Positions 12,939-26,400 of a DNA stretch of 64,000 nucleotides are shown here, piece by piece. The notes below the pieces were generated by a model that did no database searches, had not been told where the DNA came from, and saw nothing but the letters and a program-made list of their open reading frames with translations. The stretch lies in NCBI GenBank assembly GCA_964016885.1, contig OZ024741.1:352966001-353030000 (forward strand), read 5' to 3'. This DNA is from Eledone cirrhosa. Its lineage: Eukaryota. Every line of letters starts with the position of its first letter. The first letter of the stretch is position 1. The position numbers were made by a program, and so were the translations under genes.

Positions 12939-12981
12939 GTCGAAGCTCTTTCGTCACACATTCTGTGACCTTCTCAACGAT
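12939..12981 (-). ncRNA. Hammerhead-like motif (PLE pLTR remnant)
   Basis: tcg-TTGAGAA-ggtcac agaatgt gtgac-GAAA-gagc-TT-cga; same family as 21378-21420. Confidence 0.6.
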
Positions 12982-13378
12982 TATACTTATTTTTCTGTGT
13001 CTCCACTTCGTTTCTATTTTGCATGATTTACTCTACAATGCATACATACCACACTACAAAACAACTTATGCCACATTAAAAACAATCTACTAAACGAAGG
13101 AAACAACACTAAAATAACCTAGGAAACATCAGAAATCCCACAACAGAACGAAAGTGATGTATTTTACAAGCACACTTCTATATTCCCCAAAGACAATATA
13201 GTACACAACTCAAAAACATGGAGTTGCATCAGATAGTGCAGTAGAAATTTGCATAAATCTGTTAAAAGCATGATAATTGATAATAATTGTAATAATAATT
13301 TTCGTCTAAGTAGAAGCCGTTCTCTTATTTGAACTTTTGAGAACTAGTAAACATGTTATCTTTACATGTAGAAGTTCT

Positions 13379-13380
13379 TG

Positions 13381-13431
<51 letters not shown>

Positions 13432-13510
13432 CATCATCATCATAATCATCATCATCAACATCATCATCATCACCATCATCATCACCACTATTATCATCAT
13501 CATCATCAGC
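13379..13510. repeat. (CAT)n microsatellite
   Basis: Direct reading. Confidence 0.95.
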
Positions 13511-13919
13511 AGCAGTAGTAATACCAACAATTGTAGTAACAGCATTGTCATTATCATCAATATCATAATCCTGAAAAGCAGTAGTAGCAGTAGTTGAATT
13601 TGCTGTTGACTGATGTCTTTGTAACTAACATTAATGATGAACAATAATCACTAAGTGCTCTTTCTCGCTTTCTGACCTAAACTACGTGTCATCCAGATGA
13701 AACAGGGGAGATATCGTTGGCTTTATTAGAAAGTTTTAACTGATCACTTAGTAATCAACTTCATAGAGTTAGAAGGTTATTACATTTTCATATTTATATT
13801 TCAACCGTCTGGCCTACTTCTATATCTTCCATTTAAGATTTCAAACAAAACAGTACAAATAAGAACAGCAACGACAACCTCAACAATATAAAGATATTAA
13901 CACTTACTTGCTAAGAATT

Positions 13920-13945
13920 TTCAACTATGATTTAAGTGAAATTTT

Positions 13946-14038
<93 letters not shown>

Positions 14039-14327
14039 ATATACTGTATGTTTATTTTAAAACATTTTGAAGACCATTCGCTATAAATTTTAAAGTCGTT
14101 ACTACATCACATACTTAGTCTCGGCAAAAGCAAAGGGGAGTAATCGACGGTCACAGTTTCTCACTCATAAGCGGCAGAAGCGAAGGGGCATGTGGTCTTG
14201 ACAACTGCTTATGAGCGAGAAACGGTGACCGTCGATTACCACCCTTTGCTTTTGCCGAGACAAAGTATGTGATGTAGTCACTACTTTAAAATTAATAGCG
14301 AATGGTCTTCAAAATGTTTTAAAATAA

Positions 14328-14369
<42 letters not shown>

Positions 14370-14397
14370 ACAAAATTTCACTTAAATCATAGTTGAA
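13920..14397. repeat. Nested inverted repeats
   Basis: Inner arms at about 14050-14172 and 14206-14328. Outer arms ttcaactatgatttaagtgaaattttgt at 13920-13947 and 14370-14397. (CA)n and (TA)n lie between them. Confidence 0.9.
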
Positions 14398-14419
14398 CAT
14401 TTCTAACAAATAATAGATT

Positions 14420-14776
<357 letters not shown>

Positions 14777-15074
14777 ACTTCCGACATAATTTACGTCTGA
14801 CTTGTATATTAGCCACATCTTCAATCCTCAACGGGTGTTAGGTGTATCATAAATGTTTTTGAATTCGTCTTCTTTATATTTCAGTCACATGATTATTTAA
14901 AAAAAAAAAAAAAAAGACTTACATATAAATGTATTATTGGTCTGGGAAATGGTGGAGGATTGATAGTTAATTTAATTGGCAAATGTATCGAGTCATTAAC
15001 CAGAGTTATATAGGTTATAAATTCACCTGGCAATCACTTTTATGACTTACTTTATATTTCTTGTTTGTCAACCT

Positions 15075-15930
15075 ACGCACATACGTTTTACATTTACTAC
15101 ATATAAATTTTGGCTTATTAAGAAATTGTGTTCTTCCTGCCTCATTCGGTGACTAAAGAAACATTTACATATATGTTTACTTCTCTGTTGCAAACCTCCA
15201 GGCCACGGTAAGAAGATAGAGATAACTAAGTCGTGGTTCTTTACTATATATTCCTCGACCAGTTTAGGAGGACCCTCAGAAAAGATTGTAGGCGATGATG
15301 TTTGTCTTCTGGCTATTTAAATATATAAACAGGTGTAACGAATCCGCCAGTGCTGTTATGGGATATACAGAGACAGTACTGTGGCAATAACAAAACAGGA
15401 ATAATGCACACCACAGTTTTTCCAACCAATATGTCGGCATTCATCTGACATAGTTGAATGCGATTCCTAAAATCTACACTATTATACACTACCTTTAACT
15501 AAACAGAATATTTCACATCAATCTGATATAGTTGAATACGACTCCTAGAATCTACACCACAGCATACGACTAGTAAATAACTTCGTCGTGTAACACATTT
15601 TAAATCAAAATCATTAATTTAGACTTAAGACCTCCTCAGCAGTTCAGCGTACGGGTTAGTAAGCTGATTTATCACCGCTTTTTTCCTATTTCTGCCCAAT
15701 TGATGCCCGTCACTCGTAGTTTTCCTGGAATGCTTTTTACCATGTTTTTTTTTTTATCTGGGGGATATAGTGTTTCTAGCCACTCCGGACCGATGTTCTG
15801 TCAAAATACAGCACAATATCTGAGAATTGCATATTCAGAGGTTTCCTATATTCCTTATACAATTATGCCAGGTGACTTTGTGAATCTGTACGCAGGCACC
15901 ATTGATTGAAAACGTCAAGAGGTTTTGTTG
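15075..15930 (-). mobile_element. Possible highly decayed piggyBac-like transposase remnant
   Basis: Broken minus-strand frames give SMVP..., KLWCALFLFC and KPKFICSKCKTYV (CRD-like) in the expected order. Support is weak. Confidence 0.3.
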
Positions 15931-16308
15931 GAAATACTATGCTGTTGGTAGTACGATGGTATTGTACAGGTGAAAAAAAAAAAATTGGCAAGGTCGGACA
16001 CACTTATCATTTTTACAGTTTTATGGTGTTGAAAGGAATTAATACCATTTTATGGCTAATTCAGATGATTAACTAAAAACGTCTCCTTTACTTTTCACTT
16101 CACTTTCATTTCCTACCATTTATATCATTTTATATATTATTAATGTTTCTTCAATCTATTCTTTTATATGAACTTTGTTAAACCTTTCATTAATTTTCTC
16201 GCTATCTTCACATTTCATCATTTCTAAACAGACATTCAATAAATTTTAAATGATATCTATACCGAGAATTGACAGAATTTTGACTGTTTTTCAGCCTATA
16301 TTAATTCA

Positions 16309-16414
<106 letters not shown>

Positions 16415-16673
16415 TTCACTCGGTTAACGAACAGTGTGCATGCAATACAAATGACCAAGCTTGTCACCCAGTGTGTCAGGCTGAATTTAAAGGTACACGT
16501 GTCTGTGGAATGCTCAGCCACTTGAAAATTAATTATTAATTTCACGAGCAGACAATTATATTCGAACAATTGGAACACTCGTCATTGAAACCGATGGAGG
16601 TCAAACTATATATATATACACACACACGCATACGTATATATTCTTTTTTTCGACATGAAATCAGAAAATTTAT

Positions 16674-16724
<51 letters not shown>

Positions 16725-16759
16725 CAACGCCCCACTACTACTGCTGCTGCTGTTGTATT

Positions 16760-16889
16760 TTTTACGGTTTGAGTTCAAATCCCGCCGAGGTTAACTTTGC
16801 CTTTCATTCTTACAGGGTAGATAAAATGAAGTACCAGTAATGCACTGGGATAATTGTTGGCCTTGTGCCAAAAGTAGAAACAGTTATTA
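16760..16889 (+). mobile_element. 5'-truncated SINE
   Basis: gagttcaaatcccgccgaggttaactttgcctttcat...aagtaccagtaatgcactgg...ggccttgtgccaaaagtagaaac. Confidence 0.9.
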
Positions 16890-16890
16890 T

Positions 16891-17121
16891 GGGCTGTCGA
16901 TTGGCAGTATCGGTAGAGGGTCGGACGCCATACTTTGCAGCAAAGACTTACGGCCCTTTATGGTCTGAGTTCAAATCCCGCCGAGGTTAACTTTGCCTTT
17001 CATCCTTACGGGGTCGATAAAATAAAGTACCAGTCACGCACTGGGGCCGATTTAATCGACTTTCCCCTCCCCCAAAATTGCTGGCCTTGTGCTAAAAGTA
17101 GAAACATTTATTATTATTATT
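16891..17121 (+). mobile_element. Full-length tRNA-headed SINE with an (ATT)n tail
   Basis: A box TGGCAGTATCGG, B box GAGTTCAAATCC, family core and ATT tail. Confidence 0.92.
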
Positions 17122-17249
17122 AAATGTTTATTTTCTTAGTCTCTTTCATGAATTTCATTTAACACAAAGAGAAACCCAAACTGTATCGTTCTGTATCATC
17201 TGTAATATTTCCTTAATGTTAGCCCTGTGTGGCTAATAAAGAAATCATT
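17122..17249 (+). mobile_element. 3' terminus of an ATT-type Tx1 LINE directly after a SINE tail
   Basis: ctgtatcgttctgtatcatctgtaatatttccttaatgttagccctgtgtggctaataaagaaatcatt resembles 41304-41372. Confidence 0.75.
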
Positions 17250-17530
17250 CAGGAGTTTCCTTCTTATATGACAGTAGTAGATCAGTATCTATTCGTGGTG
17301 TCTTTTCAAAGATATATAGACATAGATATTCTAGATTAAGAAATATCTCCGAAAAAAAGGAGAGGTTTTGATAGTTAATAATCTGTTGTAAGTCAGGGTT
17401 ATATGATGCTGATCTAGTTTCAATACTCGAGATCAAAATGAAGTATCAGTTACAGATGGTCTCAATCACAGTACTTTCCAAGGAACCTATTACGGTTATA
17501 AAATCTCTCTCTCTCTCTCTCTCTCTCTCC

Positions 17531-17654
<124 letters not shown>

Positions 17655-17785
17655 GTGAGATTTTTTTTACAAAATGAAAAATAACCGAGGTGTCCTACAC
17701 GAGTGAAAGTATAAAGAAAAAGAGATGAAATCGAAAATGCAACTGGAGTCTTATTTTTAAAAAAAATATATATATTTATTTGGTT

Positions 17786-17823
17786 CCTTTACCGGTTTCG
17801 CAGTTCTTCTGCTTTTCAAAAGG
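17786..17823 (-). ncRNA. Minimal hammerhead ribozyme, variant core (UUGAAAA)
   Basis: cctt-TTGAAAA-gcag aagaa ctgc-GAAA-ccgg-TA-aagg followed by AATAAA. All stems are intact, helix III is the palindrome ACCGGT, and the motif sits between TA tracts. Confidence 0.75.
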
Positions 17824-17854
17824 TGAGTTGAGATGGAGGGTCTGTGGTTTTTCT

Positions 17855-17898
<44 letters not shown>

Positions 17899-18273
17899 AG
17901 AAAGTAGTACAGCATAATCGGAGCTCTGGTTGCGGGCAAGCTAACGAATGCTGTCGGGAAGTGCAGCCAAAAGCACTGAATAAGGAATTTTACCTTAGAG
18001 TTATATATATATAGTGAAACAAGTGTGGACTTTAGAAAACGTTGTATGCAGGTCACGTTATATAAAGAAAAAGATAAAAGAAAACAACGCACCTTGTATA
18101 TATATATATATATATATATATAAACGAGGTGGCTTCATAACATGTACAAAATGTACAAATATATATATCGACAGTCGATCGACTTTCATCAAATCGACCA
18201 AGGAAACAATGTTTCCGTTGGTCTTTCCAATTGCTAATACTATGTGTCGCAACTCCAGGTAGAAGGACCAATA

Positions 18274-18381
18274 TGAAATAAAGTGTCTTGCTCAGGTAGA
18301 TAACGCATCGCCTAGTCCAGGAATCGAACTCTACAACCTCACGATTGCGAATCCAATTCTCTAACCATCCAGCCACGCGCC
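18274..18381 (-). mobile_element. 5' part of a second SINE family (tRNA head plus CORE/V/Meta-like box)
   Basis: ggcgcgTGGCTGGATGGttag...GAGTTCGATTCC...cctgagcaagacactttatttca. Confidence 0.8.
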
Positions 18382-19264
18382 GTCAAACACATACTCACAT
18401 ACATATATATGTCTGTGTGTGTGCGCGCGCGCGCGCGCGCGTGTCTGTGTGAATAAGAGTGAGTTGTCTAATAGACATGCCAATGAAAACACACACACAC
18501 ACACATATATAGTAGCATAGTACCCGTCAAAAATCATGGTGCTTGAATCACCAAGTTTACCTTGAACATTGTAATTTTGTATCAGCCTTCCTCCTCCTTC
18601 CTCTTCTACTTCGTTCTTCTTCTTCTTCTTCTTCTTCTTCTTCTTCTTCTTCTTCTTCTTCTTCTTCTTCTTCTTCTTCTTCTTCTTCTTCTCTGTTGTT
18701 CGACCGCTCCGTATCGGTAAAATAAAGTCCCAGTCATTTAATGGTGCAGTTTAATCAACTAACCCTCCAAATTTCTAGCCATGTGACTTAATTAGAAACA
18801 ATTATTATTACAATTACTATCATCATAGTCATAACAATTCGGCTTGCAGTTTGCAATTTAAATCAATATTTTCATTTTACTTTTATTTAAATCGACTAAA
18901 ATAATTTTCTCTCATATTTTCTTCAATTATTACCTAACATATACTCATATAATTCGTTTTCTGACAAAAAAAATATGTTATTTTCTACAACAATTTTCCG
19001 GAAAATATGAAGAAATTATTTGAACTATACGGCATAAAATTATTTGAAAGATACGTTTTTGCCGTTGAAAGAGATTACAGCCAAACAGCAGTGTTACACC
19101 GTGTATATGAGGATTGGCGGGTGACTAGTTTGCTAGCTGACCCGATTATGGAAGAATATAAAACGGTTTCCATTATCTGTCGTCATTTCATGGGACTTTA
19201 AATGTATCTTATACCATCCGTACAATATGATATCTTGACCCACAAATATTGACATGTTATACGT

Positions 19265-19372
19265 GAAATACTAGAGTTGACTTTTATATGAGGTCTATGG
19301 AAAATTCCAGATTTTGGGGGCAAAAATATGGGGGCGAATTTTACATGAAATCGAGTATTACTCGAACATATA
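19265..19372. mobile_element. Possible Tc2/pogo-type DNA transposon end
   Basis: Repeated GAC/GAA-TTTTA(T/C)A(T/C)GA sub-terminal motifs ending in ttactcgaacatatata at a TA tract. Confidence 0.35.
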
Positions 19373-19408
19373 TATATATATGTGTGAAGTGTGAGTGTGT
19401 GTATGGAT

Positions 19409-19508
<100 letters not shown>

Positions 19509-19869
19509 TATTTGCTATTTATAGAGGAAAATATGAAAATAAATAAATAATATTAAAAGTAGTCTTTCATAATTCATAGAACAAACGGATCCAGTATCGA
19601 AGTATAGATATTTAATGAAATCCGTACATCTGTGTAAATCAGGTAAGACCATAAAGACTTTAAAGAGGAATATTATATTTATAATATCACTTTTAAAAAG
19701 TGTTTGAGAAACGGAGCAGACACGGTGTTTGCGTGGTACAACTGCTTATTATATAATTGCTAATTTTAAATAGCAGTTAGTGTTCAGAGGTCAATCCCAA
19801 AAGAAGAAATAGAATTTTGCTTATAGTTCGTCCTTTTGGTAGCTAGAAAAAGAAGTTTCCTTCTGTTTC

Positions 19870-20217
19870 ACCAGGCCACACAACCATGATTTGAAGGGCA
19901 TAGGCATCATGCTTCGCAGAAACATCGATCAGCCTAGTTTGTGTAATGAGATGCGTATGGTTGTGATTGAACTACAGCATCACGTTATCGAAGCCAAAAT
20001 CCTCACTGGATATGGTAAGGGACTCATCGTATTTATACCTAGAATACCGTTAATACCAACGGATGTCCACTTTCAATTCAAGCGATTGCAATTCCTTGTT
20101 AGAGTCAGTTACGCAATAATCATTAACAAGTTCGAAGATCAACCACTGCAGGTTGTGGGTTTCCACCTAGAAGATGGCTATTTCTCACATGGTCAATTGT
20201 ATGTAGGTTATTTTTAA
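19870..20217 (+). pseudogene. Helitron Pif1-like helicase C-terminal fragment
   Basis: IMLRRNID..LCN..VIEAKILTG..VFIPRIPLIPTD..FQFKRLQF.VRVSYAIIINK....FSHGQLYVG (helicase motifs V-VI, decayed). Confidence 0.9.
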
Positions 20218-20511
20218 CTTTATCCCAAAGAATAAAGTTAAAAGCATTGGATATACTGAAGTTCTGTAAATGTTCTATAATTTTCGGAGAAAATGTCAAT
20301 TGCAATCATATCGAGGTCAGATTAGTTGAAAACACTCAAAACCTTAATTATTACCAATTTTATTTAGTGCTATTAGCGATCAACCAACTTTTTTTAATAA
20401 GTATTATAGATATTTATTTCTTCCACAAATATGTTTTATATTTACAGTCAAAACGTTTTTTCGCTTTTGTTTCATTATTTTCCATTCCCTTCTTTAACAT
20501 CTAGTTATTAA

Positions 20512-20630
20512 TTATTGTTTCTACTTTTGGCACAAGGCCAGCAATTATCCCAGTGTATTACTGGTACTTTATTTTATCGACCCCGTAAGGATGAAAGGCA
20601 AAGTTAACCTCGGCGGGATTTGAACTCAGT
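20512..20630 (-). mobile_element. 5'-truncated SINE
   Basis: Reverse complement of the family core and tail. Confidence 0.9.
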
Positions 20631-20757
20631 CCGTTATTAATTAATGTGATTAATTAATGTGTTAAATACCTGAATACATCTTGTTACGGTCTAACACTTA
20701 TAGATTTTGTTGTTAATTTTTCCATCTACCGTTTAAACATCATTATTATTATGTTGA

Positions 20758-20950
20758 GGGCGGTGAATTGGCAGTATCGGTAGAGGGTCGGACGCCATGC
20801 TTCGCAGCATAGAGTTACGGCTCTTTATGATTTGAGCTCAAATCCCGCCGAGTTTAACTTTGCCTTTCATCCTTATGGGGTCGATAAAATAAAGTACCAG
20901 TCACCCCCCCCCCAAATACCCACCTTGTGCCTATATAAGAAACCATTATT
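20758..20950 (+). mobile_element. SINE, full head, internally shortened
   Basis: gggcggtgaattggcagtatcggtagagggtcggacgcc...aaagtaccagt...ccttgtgcctatataagaaaccattatt. Confidence 0.9.
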
Positions 20951-20973
20951 ATTGTTGTTGTTGCTTTTATTAA

Positions 20974-21006
<33 letters not shown>

Positions 21007-21150
21007 CAAGTAAGTATGTTTTGAAACAGTGAGCAGGTTTGAAATTAGAAAATAGAATAGCTTTCACCGTATTTTTGACTAATAATGGGGTTTAGAACCC
21101 TCAGATAAATGGGGTTTAGAACCCTCAGATAAATGGAAAAAGGTGAGTAT

Positions 21151-21221
21151 TGACGTACATGGGAGTCGAACCCACATCTTTGGTTATCGCGACCACTGTG
21201 CTACCATTACACCAACACATC
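21151..21221 (-). tRNA. tRNA-like unit (pseudogene or SINE head) with a non-canonical anticodon loop
   Basis: Cloverleaf GATGTGT TG GTGT AATGGTA GCAC A GTGGT CGCGATA ACCAA AGAT GTGGG TTCGACT CCCAT GTACGTC A. A TTTTT run lies about 10 nt downstream. U33 is missing. Confidence 0.55.
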
Positions 21222-21239
21222 ACCCATCTCTTTCCATTC

Positions 21240-21430
21240 AAATTAGAAGCTACATTCTTAGCGAGTTTAAATGGCAAGAACTCTTTCATTCGCCAACTTG
21301 TTTTTTTGTGTCACACAAAAACAAGATGGCGTAGGACAGAACAAAGGAGCGGCACAAAAACAAAGAAAAGAATCCCAGTCACTGAAGAGGTCACAGAATG
21401 TGTGATGAAAGAACTTTGACAATATATGAA
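21240..21430 (+). mobile_element. PLE 3' remnant with a hammerhead at 21378-21420
   Basis: QELFH..C..SHKNK resembles a PLE C-terminus, followed by gtca-CTGAAGA-ggtcac agaatgt gtgat-GAAA-gaac-TT-tgac. Confidence 0.65.
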
Positions 21431-21630
21431 CAATCGTCTGGTTGTGGAACCAACCAACCAACCGGAAATTTATAAATTCATAAATTTATAAATTTAATTT
21501 ATAATAAATTGAAGTGAAAGCAACTGGTGCGTGTGTTTCTTATTGGCAACATGACCCTCCCAAAGTATAACAATATCGGTTTCAACACACGTTTTTAGAT
21601 AAAGAATCTTGCTAAACAAATTCAGAAACG

Positions 21631-21695
<65 letters not shown>

Positions 21696-21794
21696 AATGG
21701 ATATCAATCACTCTCTATACAACTTTGCATTTCTGATGATTTCATACGAATGAAACAGTTCTAGTCCTGTAGAAGCCATTTCTTTATTAAACAC

Positions 21795-21952
21795 TTGTTT
21801 CTACTTTTGGCACAAGGCCAGCAATTACCCCAGTAAGTTACTGGTGCTTTATTTTATCGACCCCGTAAGGATGGAAGTCAAAGTTAACCGGGGAAGGATT
21901 TGAACTCAGATCATAAAGGGCCGTAACTCTATGCTGCAAGGTCTGGTATTCG
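21795..21952 (-). mobile_element. SINE
   Basis: Reverse complement of the family core (tgtttctacttttggcacaaggcc...ggatttgaactcaga). Confidence 0.88.
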
Positions 21953-22978
21953 ACAGTAAGGCTGAAATGTAGGGGTGTAGGAGGAGATGATGTATATGTA
22001 TATTTGGCTATATTTGTACAACACTCCCGAGCGTATCTATGAATATCTGTGTAGGCATATCAGTGTGTCTTTCTCTCTCTTTCTCTTTATATATGATGGC
22101 TGCAAACTCTGCTAAAAGTATTGCAATCGCTTGTCAGATTATAGAGTTTGGTGCAATTTTAGGCTACGGCCAGCCACACAAACCTGTAACATAACCAGAA
22201 CAAGCAATACCTGTGCTTATAGTTTCCATTTGTTAATATCGTATTTTACTCCAATTATTTGTTGAGTGCTTTATATCAGTTATAAAAATATTTGCTTGTT
22301 GTATCCCAACAATTTAAATAGAACTTTTACATATATTTATAATGTGGGTAATATTAAATATTATCCAATTACAAGTATGAGAATAGCTCAATGTAAATTA
22401 ACAAGTGTATTACAGAGCCGAAATACTAGGAGCAGCTAAAAGCATAAACAATTTAAAAACATCTTGCTTTAGAAAGATTAAGTATAGTGCAAGACATATA
22501 TCATAATTTTTTAAATAAAAATATATCATAAGCATTACAAAAGTTTAAAAAGTTAATAAGAGCAGGTGTGCAGTTCAAATATAAATTTAAAATATAAAAA
22601 ATACTTCTCCAAAAGATATTTTTAATAAAGGATATAAAATATTCGACTGCATCATTCAGTCATAAAGATAAACTTTTATTTTCCAAACCATTCAAAGGTA
22701 ATAATGCTTTTAGCTGCTCCTAATTTTATTTTATTCCATTTATACGCTCATATTTTTCAAATGCTTCTTCTACCGTTGCTATCTTTTCTTATATAAATGT
22801 TAATATTTATGCTTACTTCCCATATTATATATCCTCCTAATGTTCTTACGACAAACTTCTGATATTATATTTGTGTTTCAACCTTTATTATATACTCCGA
22901 TGTGGTCGGCCTTGTGCTTGGATGAAACGATCGTAAATTATTAAATGTTTTAAACACTCTTTGATTGTTGTTTATAAA

Positions 22979-23107
<129 letters not shown>

Positions 23108-24057
23108 TGAGAGAAAATTAGTTATTTGTAGACAAACATGAAAATAATTAAATAAATGAAAGTAAATATTAGTCTTTAAAAATAACCGAACCCGGTATCG
23201 AATGATGTAAAATATTTAAGCAAGTCCATACGTAAGTGTAAAGTAGGTAACACCATAAAAACACAGGTTAATATTTACAATATAACTTTTAAAAAATCTT
23301 TAGAATTTCGAACAGTTTCGATGGTTGAGTGGCACAACTGTTGGTTTTATAACAGTATAACTGCTAATTTTAAAGGGCACAGAAGAACTTTGCTTCTCTT
23401 TTTGCTTACTAGAAGAAGATAGAACGTAGAAGTTCCAGTCGTCCTTCGCTCAACAATTCCTCCTTCAATACATACATATATATCAAGTTGTTTATAAATT
23501 AATGCAACATTTTAAACATTGTTTCTAAAACGACATATCTCAGTTCAGAAAAAAAAATCATTAGTGATCGAAATAAAGACCATTAGAATCTACACAATTT
23601 TCCAACATGATACAAGTTTATTTGTTACAGTAACATAGACATTTTGTAGGAGATAATTCCTCCGAAGGCAATTTTTGCGGTTGTTTGGTTGTTGAAAACA
23701 TTTCCTTACAAAAAGTTGTCGAAAGGCATGGAAAAAGGGTAGTCAGTTGGCGAAATATCAAGTGAGTATATGATTGTGTAGTGTGGTAAATCAATATATA
23801 GATATATATCAGTTCCGAACACAAAGGAACCAAACTCCTACTGTCACTGCCTCTGTCTCTCCTGCTCTCTCCAACTCTCACTATTATGAGAAAATGGGGG
23901 CCCACGCGATGGACACTCCGCGGCCCCGGCGGACAAAATAGGGAAGGCGTTTCCCAGAAGGATGACGAGGGAGACGTTCTGGAAGAGCCGTTACAGCTCG
24001 CGAGTGAGTATACTGGATAAGGCAGAGTTCTGCAGCCGATTGTTTAAAAACATTTTT

Positions 24058-24375
24058 TGCTGGTTATGCGATGTATGGTCAGGTGTTGTCGTGCAAGAAG
24101 ATTGGACCATTTCTATTCACCAATACTAGACCCATACATTGCAATCTTTAGTGTGTTTCACCAATTTCGTGGCCATACTTCCATGCTGTGGTTGTTTCAC
24201 CGGGATTAAGAAAACTGCAGTGGATTAATCCGGTTGCAGGACCACCAAAGTCAACATAACCTTCTTTTAGTTCAATATCGGTTTTGTGAAATGCTTAAGA
24301 GCTTCATTTCGGTCTAACTACTGTACTAAATGTCGTACATTACAATGTGATCAATAAAAAGGTCGACATTTCGTG
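24058..24375 (-). pseudogene. Mariner transposase fragment (Hsmar1/cecropia-like)
   Basis: LDRNEALKHFTKPILN*KKVM...GLIHCSFLNPGETTTAWKYGHEI...LVNRNGPIFLHDNT*PY matches the mariner HDNARPH region. Confidence 0.85.
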
Positions 24376-24470
24376 CAAAAGGGACGACTACATTTCACAC
24401 GAAAACACACATGTATGTATGTATGTATGTATGTATGTATGTATGTATGTATGTATGTATGTATGTATGT

Positions 24471-25075
24471 CAGGTCACCAGTTGGTGCTACTGGTAACAT
24501 GTATCCCAGTACAACCTGTCCCATGGTCGGGTCGTTGGCGACTAAACTGGCAACCCCACCAAGGTTTCTTGGTGAGGAGGGTGACTTTGGACATCCTGCA
24601 GGACTAAAAACAAGACCTGTCAAAGGGCAAAGGAGCTCTTAAGAGTCAATGGCCATCCAAAATCACCGGGAGAGATGACCCCTTAACCTTTGTCAAGGCA
24701 GAATTCTAGGAGAAGGAAAACTCTGATATAACACCTGCAACTCTGATGGTATCCAATGGTGTTGACTTGTTCTTCTTTTTGGTAAATATCATCTTGGTTA
24801 AGAGAGTGGGACTGGCTTTGTGCAGTGCCTTTGCTCACTATAAAAGCTTCACGGCACAGGCATTGCTTTATATCTGGAGATCTCTCTGCACTTGTCGTCA
24901 CATGGTACCATGGGCCCAGCACTATGTGTCAATAATTGTCACAAGTGTAGTGTTTGTACCAGAGTTTTCAAGTCGCTGGCTGGACTAAAAGGTCACACTC
25001 GTTCAGTGCATCGGTAGGGGTTCTCCTATATGGATATAAAGTAGTGGCCGTACTCGAAAACGAGTTGGCAGCCAC
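24471..25075 (+). mobile_element. 605-bp non-coding RTE-like non-autonomous element, copy 1, in (TATG)n
   Basis: RTE-5'UTR-like motifs (aaactggcaacccc, agaaggaaaactctgatataa), a terminal hairpin gtggc..actcg aaaa cgagt..gccac, and (TATG)n on both sides. The family assignment is from recall. Confidence 0.65.
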
Positions 25076-25310
25076 TATGTATGTATGTATGTATGTATGT
25101 ATGTATGTATGTATGTATGTATGTATGTATGTATGCAAGTATCTATGTATGTATAACTGTAAGTAAGCATGTATGCATGTATGTATGTATGTGTGCATGT
25201 ATGTATATATGTATATATGTATGTATATGTATGTATGTATGCATGTATATATGTATATATGTATGTATGTGTGTATGTATGTATGTATGTATGTATGTAT
25301 GTATGTATGT

Positions 25311-25915
25311 CAGGTCACCAGTTGGTGCTACTGGTAACATGTATCCCAGTACAACCTTTCTCATGGTCGGGTCGTTGGCGACTAAACTGGCAACCCTACC
25401 AAGGTTTCTTGGTGAGGAGGGTGACTTTGGACATCCTGCAGGACTAAAAACAAAACCTGTCAAAGGGCAAAGGAGCTCTTAAGAGTCAATGGCCATCCAA
25501 AATCACCGGGAGAGATGACCCCTTAGCCTTTGTCAAGGAAGAATTCTAGGAGAAGGAAAACTCTGATATAACACCTGCAACTCTGATGGTATCCAATGAT
25601 GTTGACTTGTTCTTCTCTTTGGTAAATATCATCTTGGTTAAGAGAGTGGGACTGGCTTTGTGCAGTGCCTTTGCTCACTATTAAAGCTTCACGGCACAGG
25701 CATTGCTTTATATCTGGAGATCTCTCTGCACTTGTCGTCACATGGTACCATAGGCCCAGCACTATGTGTCAATAATTGTCACAAGTCTAGTGTTTGTACC
25801 AGAGTTGTCAAGTCGCTGGCTGGACTAAAAAGTCACACTCGTTCAGCGCATCGGTAGGGGTTCTCCTACATGGATATGAAGTAGTGGCCGTACTCGAAAA
25901 CGAGTTGGCAGCCAC
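25311..25915 (+). mobile_element. 605-bp RTE-like non-autonomous element, copy 2
   Basis: Colinear with copy 1 at +840 bp with scattered substitutions; (TATG)n flanks. Confidence 0.65.
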
Positions 25916-26179
25916 CATGTATGTACGTATGTTTGTACGTATGTATGTACGCATATTTCCTTACTAGTTCTTTATGTTTGGTTTTGAACAATAGAGATCC
26001 TATATTCATAAGTCTATTAACCTTTCGAGACCTTGTGTGTGTGAGATATCTATATATACTATATAATTTTCCTATTTGTATGTTATGCATATACCAACAA
26101 GTGAATTCTTTGATCTGTCTTTCTAGACAACATTCTATTACAATCTTCAATGTTTTTCTTTAAAAGATGAATCCAAAGG

Positions 26180-26400
26180 ACTGCTGCGTACACATTTGCC
26201 ATTAAATGATTATATTTATCAGTAAAGCGAACAAATAACTTTCTCGCATCCACCACTGAATAGAATAAGTCATATACTCTTTTATCAACTTCGGCCGATG
26301 CCGTAGTCTTAGAATGTCAGTAGCCAATTTAAACATTTTTGCTAGCACAGTCAACGCGAAAACCAAATAGAAGTCATAAATTATAACGGTACCTAGCATA
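26180..26400 (-). mobile_element. Possible hAT dimerisation-domain remnant
   Basis: MFKLATDIL followed, after a frameshift, by TTASAEVDK, resembling LA..IL..PATSAEVERxFS. Confidence 0.4.

Noticed and set aside
19891-20217. Host PIF1 gene exon
   Set aside because: Motif V is decayed (IINKFED instead of TINKSQG), the frame stops within motif VI, and the sequence is Helitron-type.
23870-24050. GC-rich patch as a possible exon or promoter
   Set aside because: No recognisable protein motif or consistent splice pair, so it is left unassigned.
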